A DNA stretch of 63,783 nucleotides, counting the filler, from Collodictyon triciliatum (lineage: Eukaryota), in NCBI GenBank assembly GCA_043381765.1. It is 6 parts of 5 records of this genome, joined end to end, with 100 filler letters (N's around TTAATTAATTAA, not from the genome) between each part and the next. Parts side by side here need not be neighbours in the genome. Positions count along the whole stretch, not along the records: positions 40,722 to 59,077 come from JBHJMP010000560.1; positions 59,178 to 63,783 come from JBHJMP010000590.1; 4 more parts are not named here. One strand, written 5' to 3'. The translations under genes were made by a program, and so were the position numbers. The notes beneath the pieces are model-generated. The model worked only from the letters and a program-made list of their open reading frames with translations. It searched no databases and was not told the origin of the DNA. Positions 53,006 through 63,783 of this stretch are shown one piece after another (the first letter of the stretch is position 1; each line of letters starts with the position of its first letter).

Positions 53006-55505
53006 GCCATTTGTGTTCGCCTCAGTTTCGTTTCTCCTGATAAAAGAAGTGACACACACAAAAAAGAAAAAGAGGAAAAATAGATGTATCGAATTGCATT
53101 GGTTCTCGTGTTAATGCGATTAATCAAGATACATCCTTCCGTGATATCTTTTTGATTACTTACATGACCATTGAAAGATGTTTATATGTAATTAGTTCAC
53201 ATTTTATCCCCCCTGATGTTTGTTATTATTTCTGTTAAGACACACGAAATAAGAAGCTGAATCATCATCATTTTAAAGACACGAATTCAATTGGTGCACA
53301 TGCGAAGCTTTTAAGGCTTATCGGTGAATCCACGCAAAAAGTCTCAGCGATTGGCCGACGCTCATCATCAGGATAGACATGTTTGTTTATTTTTATTTTT
53401 ATTTATATTTTTATTTATATTTATATTTATATTTATATTTTTATTTATATATTTTTGTTTATTAGCTATGTGTTGTAGAGTTTTGTCATTAATGTACGAA
53501 TGCTTTCCAAGGAGAGCAGCCAAGACTAAACTGTGTCCGCTGCTTCTTAATCAAACTCTTTGGGCAGGAGTTGGGTTCCTGACTTTGACCCATGTTGTAG
53601 GAGCTGAGCGTGTTTTGCTGGACTTGCCGTGATTGAGAAGCATTCTTTAACAACAGAGGCCACATTCAGAACCATGCGACTATACAGAACACAAGGAAAC
53701 CCCATAGAAAGGGAATTAAAAGATTATATACATATATAAAAGTGAAGCAAATGAGAACCGTAACTAAAACGAAGACCGCGGTGGTCTTGCTGAACACTCT
53801 ATTCCACTGGAAGGCAAGGCATTCATACAATTGGAAAACTGATTCTCTTTTTTCGCTGGCACGCAGTATTACGATGCTCAGCCGCTTAATCCTAAAGACG
53901 AATCTGAGGGCTGCTCTTTTTGCTGCGATCCCGCAACCAAACGTAACTTTAGTATTTCTATTCTCGTGGTTTTGTCTGAATGCTGGAGGCTGCTGTTCGC
54001 TCTGTACCTCTCAAGTGGAGCTTTTCTTTTCTTTTTTTCTTTTTTTCTTTTTTTTCTTTTTTTCTTTTTTTCTTTTTTTCTTTTTTTCTNNNNNNNNNNN
54101 NNNNNNNNNNNNNNNNNNNNNNNNNNNNNNTTCTTTTTTCTTTTTTCTTTTTTTCTTTTTTCTTTTTTTCTTTTTTCTTTTTTTAAATAATCAATATTCT
54201 GAGGCTACTATTATGTTTCGGATCATCGAGGCTTGTGCGTAGGCATAGAAAAAAAAAAAGAAGAGAGCCAAAGGCGATTCTGTAATTCTCTCTGATTCAA
54301 AAGGGCAAATGGGATGGGGCTGTGTGATTCGACCGATTCGATCAACGCGGTCTGAGCGATTTATCCAACCCGTGCCTTGTGGGCCTGTGGGAAATTCTAC
54401 CTGCAAATTGCGCCGCTTGCAACCCAGAAAGAACCCACACGAATTGCAAAGCACAATAAAAGGGAGAAGCAAAAAAAAAAAATATGGCCGCAAATGAGTT
54501 CTGTTGTGCTGCTTTGTTCCTGGTTGGCGAGCGGATCGGGTCTGGATTGGTTTCACGGCAAGATTCAGAATCGTGCATCCAAGTCGCTTGTATGCAGACC
54601 GGGCCACACGGGAGACACCAAACATATCAGTGATCGAATGGTGTGATTGACGTGATTGACGGGATTGACGTGATTAACTGATTGATGAGAAAAACGGAGT
54701 GAGGAAGAATCGAAATCCTTCCTTTATCTTTTTTTGAGCAGTAGTGCAAATCACACGATGAAATCACCAAAGTGATGAACACGTTTGGAATTTACCCGCA
54801 ACCTGATTGGATTCGGAAGTTACAGATTCGACTAGATCGGAAATTCTCTCCAAAACTGGGTTCCGTTGGCTGATTATTGCTCCCTTTCAGGATTCCACTA
54901 CATCTGGAAATTATGACAAATTGAATTTCTCCCCTATTCAATTTGCGGTAAATGCTTTTTAATTCGAAATTTAATCAGTTCGACTCTAAAAATCATATTT
55001 GTTGAATACATGCGCCAGAGTTCGCCGATGATTTGCGCCATTCTGTTTGCCAGCGATCATGTCGCACTTTGCAGATTATTCCCTGCACAGCCTGACAGAG
55101 ACCGTTCTGCCTCCGAAAGCAACCACGAAAAAGAAAGTAATTCGCAGTGCTGGTAGAACTCCCACCGACTGAAAGCCACGAAATAGGCTGCTGTCAAGAG
55201 CTGCGGCCATCGAAGCCGTGCGACCCACAACCCGGGATTCTCACAGGAGCACCGCACACACACAGAGACACACAAATTGACAGGCAAGTCAAGGCAAGGC
55301 AGGACAGGGCAAAGTCTGTTTGGGTTGTGAACAAAAAGGCCTTGTCTGTGGTTTATCTCCGCGGGGAGCGCAGCAGTTGCGGGTCGGGGCAATGGGGCGT
55401 CGTAGTCTGTGCGGCTTCCGTCATGGGTGGCTTGTGTGGGGCTGTGCTGCTCGGTCCGTTGTCAGAGGCCGGGCGGATCGGACACGGCTGCGTCTGGGGC
55501 GCCGC

Positions 55506-55764
55506 TTACTTGGAGCGCTGTCTCATCTTCCTTCTCTTGCGCTTGAGGCGTCTCTGCCTCTTCTTTCTCCACTGCGCGGTGACAGGCAGGAATGTGTGTA
55601 TGTGATTCAGTATGGTGATGCTTTTTCTTGTCTTTTTATTTTCTTTCTTTCCTTTTGAATGCAACGACGCCTGAGTACATAGGTGTGCATGTGTGTCTGT
55701 GGGGCATCGATGTCATTTGGTCGGGTTGTTGGTTTATTGGTTTAATTGTTACCTTTGCTCTCAT
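55506..55764 (-). CDS. RPL41: Ribosomal protein L41 (eL41/eS32), 25 aa, 2 coding exons
   Basis: Exons 55764-55753 and 55571-55506 give MRAKWRKKRQRRLKRKRRKMRQRSK*. It is too short for the ORF track. Confidence 0.95.
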
Positions 55765-56445
55765 TGAGCTGTCGCTGCGGTTCGTCGCTTGGGTGCTTGT
55801 GCTAAATTACTGGTTTCTTTAACAAAATTCTGCAAGGCTCTGCGCGCAGTTGGCACATAATTAAAGCGACGCCAGTTCCTGTGGTCTGAGCAGGATTCAA
55901 GTACATAGGTGTAAAATTTAGATTGTGCATTCACAATATGTTTCATATATATGTATGAATCTGTAATTTGGTATCACTTAAGTAGATATTTTAAGCTAGA
56001 AATACATAATGGGCATTAATTATCATATTTTCCAGAAATGAATTATACACATTTGGATGTGGCAGAGACGGGGATTAACGTACGAACAAGGCGGCCGCTT
56101 CTGAATCGGGTTTGTGAGGTTCGCGCGCACACACAACCGCCCTTGGGGAGTAGGCGACGCGTTAAGATGCAGTGTGGTGGTTGAAACGGATGCGCCGAGT
56201 CACATATGGAATAATCCTTATGTACAATGTAATCGCAGAATGGAAAGGGAACGCAACAAGAAGCGAGGTGCTGTGATTGCGGGGGTGTAAGGAAGTGATT
56301 GACAGTTGAGCGAAAATAAATGTTCGTGTTGTGTCTTGTAAGAAATCACACTAGTATTGATGTCATGACAAAAAAGAGAGGACACCAAAGGAAAAGAGAA
56401 AGGAGAAAAGACTATCGGCTGCTTGGTTGGATGAAAGTATAGCCC

Positions 56446-58900
56446 TCAGTTGTAACCCCATGAGCCTCGCGGGCGAGAACGAATGCCTTCCACAAGATGT
56501 TTCTATGGGGATATGCTAAAATTATTCGTAGCGTGTACATTCTCTTCTTTTGTTTGTTTCTTTCTCTCTCCCATTCTCTCAGAGACAGCATACCACGTGG
56601 CTGATAATTGGAAAGAGACATGCGTAGATGATGCGTTTAGTTTGTACCTTGTACTGGGTCCACCTTCTCTCATTCTCCTTCTCATCAAATATCCTTTGCA
56701 CAGTCGCCTCGTCTTGGTCATACTTTTGGATTTGAGCTCGAATTTTTTCAATCGACCTATGATTTACGACAACATATAAACTAGAAAGTAATGGCAAATA
56801 AATCAAAAAAAAAAAAAGAAGATATATCAATCCACTTGAACCCTTACCTGTTTACTTCATCAGGACCTATGCGAAATATCCTCTGACAATCTGATCTAGA
56901 TACAACATACACCTTCATTTCTTCCTTGCAGACAACAGTAAACTGGTGCTCTCGGATAGCGTCTCCTGAAAGTACAAGTTGCCCAAAGAAGTCTCCCTTT
57001 TGTATGTCTGAGACATGAACCAGGGAAGTTTGGTACATCAATGGGCGATTGTCTTCCTCCAAACGCAACTTCTGATCTTCGCCCAATATCGGCATAACCT
57101 CTTTGGAGCGAACACGAACCCTTGCCATCTTAAAGAGCTTTGCAGATCCACTTTGAATAAAGTAAAGGGCCTCAAAAGTTGGGGGTTGTCCATACTTTAT
57201 GACAACTGGAGAAATTCTTATCAGCAGGGTGTTTAATTTTCTTATATGCATAAAGATTATAATAAAAAGAAAAAAAGAAAAAAAAAGAAAAAAAGAAGAC
57301 GCAAAACAGTGTGGTTGTTGTTGTAGACTAAAGTTGAATATCCATCCAGAAGAGATATATGGAGAAAAGAAGAAAAAAGAGTTCAATCAGAAGAGAGATT
57401 TAGCAATCAAACAACACAAATGATTTTTTTTTTTTTTTTTTTAGAAAGTAAAGGCGTCAAACCATCATCTTTTAGAAACTTTCTTGTAACCATCGTGCTC
57501 ACAAGCCTCGCCAGAGAGACTCTGGACCAATCCTCGAATATAGACATCGCCTTAAAAAATTCTATCTGTTCGTTGAATTCTTTCAAGTGGGTATTCTATG
57601 GACGATAATTACTATTAGAAACGTACCATGCGCCACCTTCAAGAATAATATACTGAGTTTATATAAATTTAGGCTTCACTCAACCGTTTCTCAAAAGCAA
57701 ATTTAGAAAAAAAATGAAGAAAAAGAAAATAAATGACATATATAAATAATCAACAGAAATACTTGCTTTGAAATGTGTTTCATAGTCTGCCTTAGGGATC
57801 GTAAAGAATGTGGTTGGCTTTGTCACCAAGGCTTTCACAGCACTCGACCTATGATGCATCAAATACATTTCACCTATGGAGTCGCCTGTCCGGCAAACGG
57901 CTACGGTCGCCATTTCGCTTTCTGCAAAAGATTTCATCATTCGAGAGGGATTCACATTGGAGCTTCTGCGCAGCATCGCATCAGGTGTTCGGTATGGCTG
58001 AAGAGACGGTGATGCTCCGGGGCTGATGGTCAAGTTGCGATGCTTCCGTGATTTGAGATTCCGCAAGGCAGAGCCATCAGCTGTGGGGAAGGAGCCTGTC
58101 AAATTTGCGTTTGAGCTCTGAAGCCATTCTGTTCCAGAGGGGCCCGTTTGGTCCAATGCCCTTTGGATGGTCACTTCCCCATCCAGGATAAGATACCAGT
58201 ATACGAGATTATCTCCTTTATCAAATACTGATATACCGATACAATAATAGTAATAATAAATAAGTCAACCAAAAAATAGAACTGTAAATAAAAACAAGTA
58301 CACGTTAATGAGTTAGTATGCTTCACCTAGTCGCATAAAACATAACGATAAAAATAAAAAAATTACGAGAATGATATAAGTAATGATTTATGCAATTTTT
58401 TTTTTAAGTTCACCGAAGCAGTAATCAAAAGTAGCTATGTGAATATGGCGATGGAAGAGTCTTACAAACATCACCAGGTGAGTTTCTGGAATACATGGCA
58501 ACCCGGCTTACTTGCAGTTGAAGTTGCCTAGAGAAATCTGCAAATCATGATGGACATATACGAGGGCAATACCCAAATTCAGAAATATATACAACATCGA
58601 TGTTAAGTACAAAACGGATTTCAGATAGTTATATATCTATTCATAATATTAAATCATAAATTAAAAATCATGAAAAAATAGCAAACGTATATGGGAAGTT
58701 GATTCAAAGGCGCAATTAAGGTGAAGAGAGATGTGACATCGAAAATAAAGCTATTATATACAATTTTCTAAATTATATTCATCAAGAGGATTATTATTGA
58801 TGAATGATTCTAGCAATAAATTAAACGACCTTGGAGACAATCGATAAAAAGAGCACGGTCATATATGGTCTTGAGGTCTTCCCATATACGGTCCTCTGGT
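56446..58900 (-). CDS. Protein with tandem cyclic-nucleotide-binding-like domains (CNBD2-like); 5' end off-scaffold
   Basis: Reads FDKGDNLVYWYLILDGEVTI..GDSIGEMYLMHHRSSAV..; IEFFKAMSIFEDWS..; LYFIQSGSAKL..KGDFFGQ..; and a C-terminal ERRWTQYKKHLVE..*. Confidence 0.7.
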
Positions 58901-58908
58901 CTAGAACA

Positions 58909-59077
58909 TAAGATACCATAAGATACCATAAGATACCATAAGATACCATAAGATACCATAAGATACCATAAGATACCATAAGATACCATAAGATACCATA
59001 AGATACCATAAGATACCATAAGATACCATAAGATACCATAAGATACCATAAGATACCATAAGATACCATAAGATACC
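58909..59077. repeat. Perfect 10-bp tandem repeat (AGATACCATA)n, intronic, at scaffold end
   Basis: About 17 identical copies are directly visible. Confidence 0.95.
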
Positions 59078-59121
59078 NNNNNNNNNNNNNNNNNNNNNNN
59101 NNNNNNNNNNNNNNNNNNNNN

Positions 59122-59133
59122 TTAATTAATTAA
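59122..59133. other. Artificial scaffold-join spacer
   Basis: N44-TTAATTAATTAA-N44. Confidence 0.95.
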
Positions 59134-59423
59134 NNNNNNNNNNNNNNNNNNNNNNNNNNNNNNNNNNNNNNNNNNNNCACAAAAAAACACAAAAAAACAC
59201 AAAAAAACACAAAAAAACACAAAAAAACACAAAAAAACACAAAAAAACACAAAAAAACACAAAAAACACAAAAAAAACACACAAACAAATAAACAAACAA
59301 ATGAACACATGAACAAAAAAATAAAGCAAAAAAATAATCAAATCCAGCAGGCAAGCAAACGGTAATGTTTGAAGAGGCGCTGGCATCGGGATTTTATCCT
59401 GTCTTAGACTATTCTGTCTGTAT

Positions 59424-62400
59424 TTAAGACGAAAGCGCCTTCGCAAGTGGGTTGTAATTGCGCCCAACTTCAGATTTCGGCTCTTGACGCTGGACGAATG
59501 ATTCTGCAGTGTGTGCCAATCGTAGAAGCACATCTTCGTTCCAAGCGCGGCCAATAAACTAAAGCAAATATCAGAGGCGAAACGGTGTCCCAAATTATAT
59601 CGTGATTGCAAGTATATAGGAAAAGTTACATCGTAGTATTCTCCCAGTGTAATCCTTTTTTTTTACATCATAATCCACACACAGAAACCGACGTTCACTC
59701 GCAATTAATATACCTGAAATCCAATAGGTAGACCTTCGCTTGAGTAGCCTGCAGGGAAGCTGATGGAGGGATGCCCTGCATTTTAGTTCGTTAAACAATT
59801 AAGAAGGATGATGAAGCAGATACATAAAGAGCTCTTAGAGGGTGAACCATAAGAATGAACTGATAACGAGCTGCCCAATTGTATTGTAAGCATGTGAGTA
59901 TATTAAAAAAAAAACCAGTTAGATTTGTCAAGAAGCAAAAGCGCATTATCTCAACAGTGGTGGTGTTGTCGCTTTCTCCTGTAATGCAAACATTAATATA
60001 TAATGAAGCAGGTTCAGCAACTTTTTTTTTATCCGTGTTATGAAAACCGAAAAAATAATTCATGTAACCACAATTACATTCCTACACAAATGGTCGAAAT
60101 AAAAGCAAAAAGAAGAGGACATACCATCAGGTATTGCGTTTGGATTGATAGGAGGAGCAGTAATTGCTGTTGCTGGTGTTGCAATCACATCGACCTTCAG
60201 GAATTAATGGAGGGTTATGCTTTCCTTTTCCTTGAAAGTAAATATTGAAGTATATATATATATACTCATTAAAATAGTATATAACTATGAAATCAGGATG
60301 ACGTTTATAGAGGGCGACATCAGTTGGAACTTCTGTATATACTATCACGATTTTGTTGGGATGATTTACTCACCTTCTTCAGGATTTCATTGACAATTCT
60401 AATGGCACGGGTTCGAATCCTTTGCGACTTCACATAATCAACAGATTGGAAGCTCCTTTGGTCACAAAATAATATAATCAAATTTGATTGCGTACCAATC
60501 ACTGATCTTTTCTCGTCAGAATTGAAAACATGAATGATAACAAAAATAATAATAATAATAACAACAATAATAACAACAATAATAACAACAATAATAATAA
60601 TAACAATAATAACAATAATAACAACAACAATAATAACAACAACAATAATAATAACAATAATAACAACAACAATAATAACAACAACAATAACAACAACAAT
60701 AATAACAACAATAATAACAACAATAATAACAACAATAATAACAACAATAATAACAACAATAATAACAACAANNNNNNNNNNNNNNNNNNNNNNNNNNNNN
60801 NNNNNNNNNNNNNNNNNNNNNNNNNNNNNNNNNNNNNNNNNNNNNNNNNNNNNNNNNNNNNNNNNNNNNNNCAATAATAACAACAACAATAATAACAACA
60901 ACAATAATAACAACAACAATAATAACAACAACAATAATAACAACAACAATAATAACAACAACAATAATAACAACAATAATAGCAGCAACAATAATAACAA
61001 CAACGATATACCTTGCAGCAGCTAAATTAACTCTGGTTTCTAACCCGAAGGATGCATAGTTCGTCTACATGGTTTCGATTCAATAAGGTAGCAAAGGAAA
61101 ATGAAATAAGTAAATAGGGGTCAACAAGGTTATACGTCTTTTATCATAAAAGATACTAAATAATGAAGACAAAGATATGTGCTCTTGCTTTATAATGCTC
61201 ATCCATCCCTGTGGCCATTTCAGACAGAATAGTGATAGAGTGAGCCAGTCGGAACAAGTTCAAGTTTGGGATAGCAACTGTATTTTATAATTAAACGTAT
61301 AAGTCGGAAAACCAAACAATAGCTAGCATTATTATGCAGAGCTTTTCAAAATAAAAGGAATTAAATAAATTATGCCTTCGACAACTTCAGCTCCTAAGGT
61401 CTTATAGCTAATTTGAGATGAATTAAAGCATGAAATTCAATATAATGCTACAGCACAGTATCGCAGAGTACATCGCCGATAGACTATTATTAAAAAAATA
61501 TTCATAGTTCGATTGGAATTATACTATTCGATTAACTTGTAGCACTCTTCAACGATTTCTTTGGTCGCATGTCGAAAATAAGGTGTAAATATTCCAATTT
61601 TCAATCCAGTGAGATTCTTGTCGGTCAGGCGACTCACATGAATAGGTGGCTAGCGTATGAAGGGATATAATACAAGATGATGAAAATCTACCGTGATTGT
61701 GATATCACATTTGCAATGACCAGTGCAAAACATTTATGCTGTGTATGAAAGAAGTAGGTCTGTGTTGAACATAATCCAATTAAACCTGTTGCATTGTGTT
61801 TGGGTCCTCGGGGTCTCTTCCAGCCATGATTGTATACATATACGCGCAGTCAAGAGCCGTGTTTGCCATAGGACCCAGATGCCCCACAGACCAACAAAGT
61901 GGAAAGGCACCGTGCTCGCTGATGCGTCCAAAAGTAGCTTTCAAGCCAACAATACCACAAAACGAAGAGGGGATACGAATAGACCCGCCTGTCATGTTCC
62001 AGATAATACGTTATTTTTTTCGTGGATAAATAATTGCTTGAAGTAACCTGAGAGATTCATCGAACAGATAATGCTATAGGTTTATTTATTTGGGGTTTAC
62101 CTCCATCCGCCCCAAGTCCTGCTGGACACATTCCCGATCCAATAACACTAGCTGTCCCAGAGCTCGAGCCACCGGTATGGTGGTTAACATTGTAGGGATT
62201 TCTAGTACATCCTAGAAACGTGTGTTCATTATGAGTATAAACATTCATACCGCCAAATATATTAAGAGAATACTTACCATAGTGGGGGTTGTTTCCTTTA
62301 ACCCCTAAACCGATTTCTTGCATATCTGAATTTAAAATCAATTATTCAAAATATGACTCTTCCATATGGTTCGATGTATCTGCCAGACACATTTTTTTTC

Positions 62401-63624
62401 CATTTCTTTCAATTTGTGCAAGGTGAGATGTTTCGGAAACAATAAATTGGCATATTCTTATAAACAAAGTTGTAATCGGAGAAATAAGGCTGAATACTTC
62501 TCAAATGAGATACAAATATAAATCCTAATACTTGTCTTTCCAATAAGAATGGCCCCAGTTGCCCTTAGTTTGGCCACGCTTGTACCATCATCTATATTTA
62601 AATCATATCAGAGTAGAGTCAACGCAAAAGTTGAAAGGAAGAATAAAAAAAAAAATCAGAGTAGAGTCAACGACCCCAGCAGAAATTTCTGACGTGATAT
62701 ATTAGAAAAATAAATAAAAATGAAAGAGTGGATATCATTCATCAGAAAACTGACGAGTGGGCTTGATGCGGAAAAAAGTTGTCCCTCCTGTGGTCTCAAA
62801 TGGCATCTATTTTGCATGTATGACTAAGCATTCTACAGCATTTAATTGAATATATTTATTTGATAAATCTTCATGATTAGACTATCTGTAATCTTACCAT
62901 ATCTACTTCATCTTTCACACAAATGGGGACACCATCCATTAGCGAAAGTGGCTTCTTGTCTATAAATCTTTGATGTGATTCTCGAGCTTGCTGTCGGATG
63001 AGCTCGATGTCATACTGGATTAATGCGGTGGAATATATTTAAATGAAAATAGTAACGATGCCACAGAAAAAAAAATCAAAATCCAAGTATATTAAGTTTG
63101 TGTACAAATATTTACACGATGACGCGGCAGTTTGAAATAAATCAACTAATTTTTTATATCTTTGAATTGAATTTTTTTGATGAATATCATAAGTTACTTT
63201 GATAAAGGCTTTTAGAGGGGGCTCCTGCTTGTCTGAATCGATTATGGCGGTGATGACACTTTCGGCAACATCCATCGGAGTAATTTTCCCTTCACGGTAA
63301 AGACGAGCATAGTGAAAAATGGTAGGGAATGGAACCCGACTGGTCTTTTCCATCTTTGTTGTAATAAAGATCAGTATAATTACCAATACCATATCATTTA
63401 CTGACCCAATAAAAAATGATATACCATACTAAAAACATTATAAATTGACCATCGTAATTTGCTTACAGATGTACACCTGGGTATAAATATGGGTATGTAG
63501 TTGTAAGAAATCAAGAGGAAGTATCATACATCAACGGATTCAAAGTCGAACGGGAGGATTTCTTGGGGGACTTCCGGTGGCGGGTGAAGAGGCAGAGGAG
63601 TTATTGGCTCAGTGACGACAGCAT
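59424..63624 (-). CDS. Amidase-signature enzyme, fatty acid amide hydrolase-like (plant/Dictyostelium type); 5' end beyond the window
   Basis: Reads [74 protein letters not shown] and GLPIGFQFIGRAWNEDVLLRLA, so the Lys-Ser-Ser triad motifs are intact. Confidence 0.9.
60545..61003. repeat. (AAC/AAT)n compound microsatellite in an amidase intron, gapped
   Basis: Directly visible. Confidence 0.9.
62625..62654 (+). mobile_element. Short poly(A) retro-insertion, copy 4 (most 5'-truncated)
   Basis: CAAAAGTTGAAAGGAAGAATAAAAAAAAAA between 18-bp direct repeats ATCAGAGTAGAGTCAACG (62607-62624 / 62655-62672). Confidence 0.88.
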
Positions 63625-63681
63625 CTGTAAGTATGTTAACATCTTAGGAATATAGGCTGAAACACTCACAAGGGGAGTGAT

Positions 63682-63783
<102 letters not shown>

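Noticed and set aside
53480-54020. Possible small minus-strand gene between the MUN gene and RPL41
   Set aside because: Several frames are open but there is no consistent exon chain or recognisable motif.
58909-59077. CRISPR array or telomere repeat
   Set aside because: It is a spacer-less 10-mer directly upstream of an exon acceptor, so it is an intronic tandem repeat.

Overview
Intron-rich eukaryotic DNA, most likely a protist; the taxon cannot be determined from this window. It uses the standard genetic code. The window is six scaffolds joined by artificial 100-bp N44-TTAATTAATTAA-N44 spacers, so gene order across spacers is meaningless. Most ORF-track entries are microsatellite or gap artefacts, so I spliced genes by hand. 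Recovered genes: RPL30, eIF4A-III, a PQQG-repeat protein, AIP1/WDR1, a large multi-C2 protein, TRIAP1/Mdm35, TBC1D23, RPL41, a tandem cNMP-binding protein and an amidase. Highlights: (1) a Rac-type GTPase spliced in frame to a WD40 propeller and a ~8-pass membrane domain; (2) a Vps53-like domain spliced in frame to a PATROL1/Munc13-type MUN domain; (3) four 30-54 bp poly(A) retro-insertions with 14-18 bp target-site duplications in introns; (4) a minor-spliceosome AT-AC intron and several GC-AG introns; (5) a four-exon LeuRS fragment inside an intron of the C2 gene, probably a misassembly. All gene models are manual, with no database search or transcript evidence.
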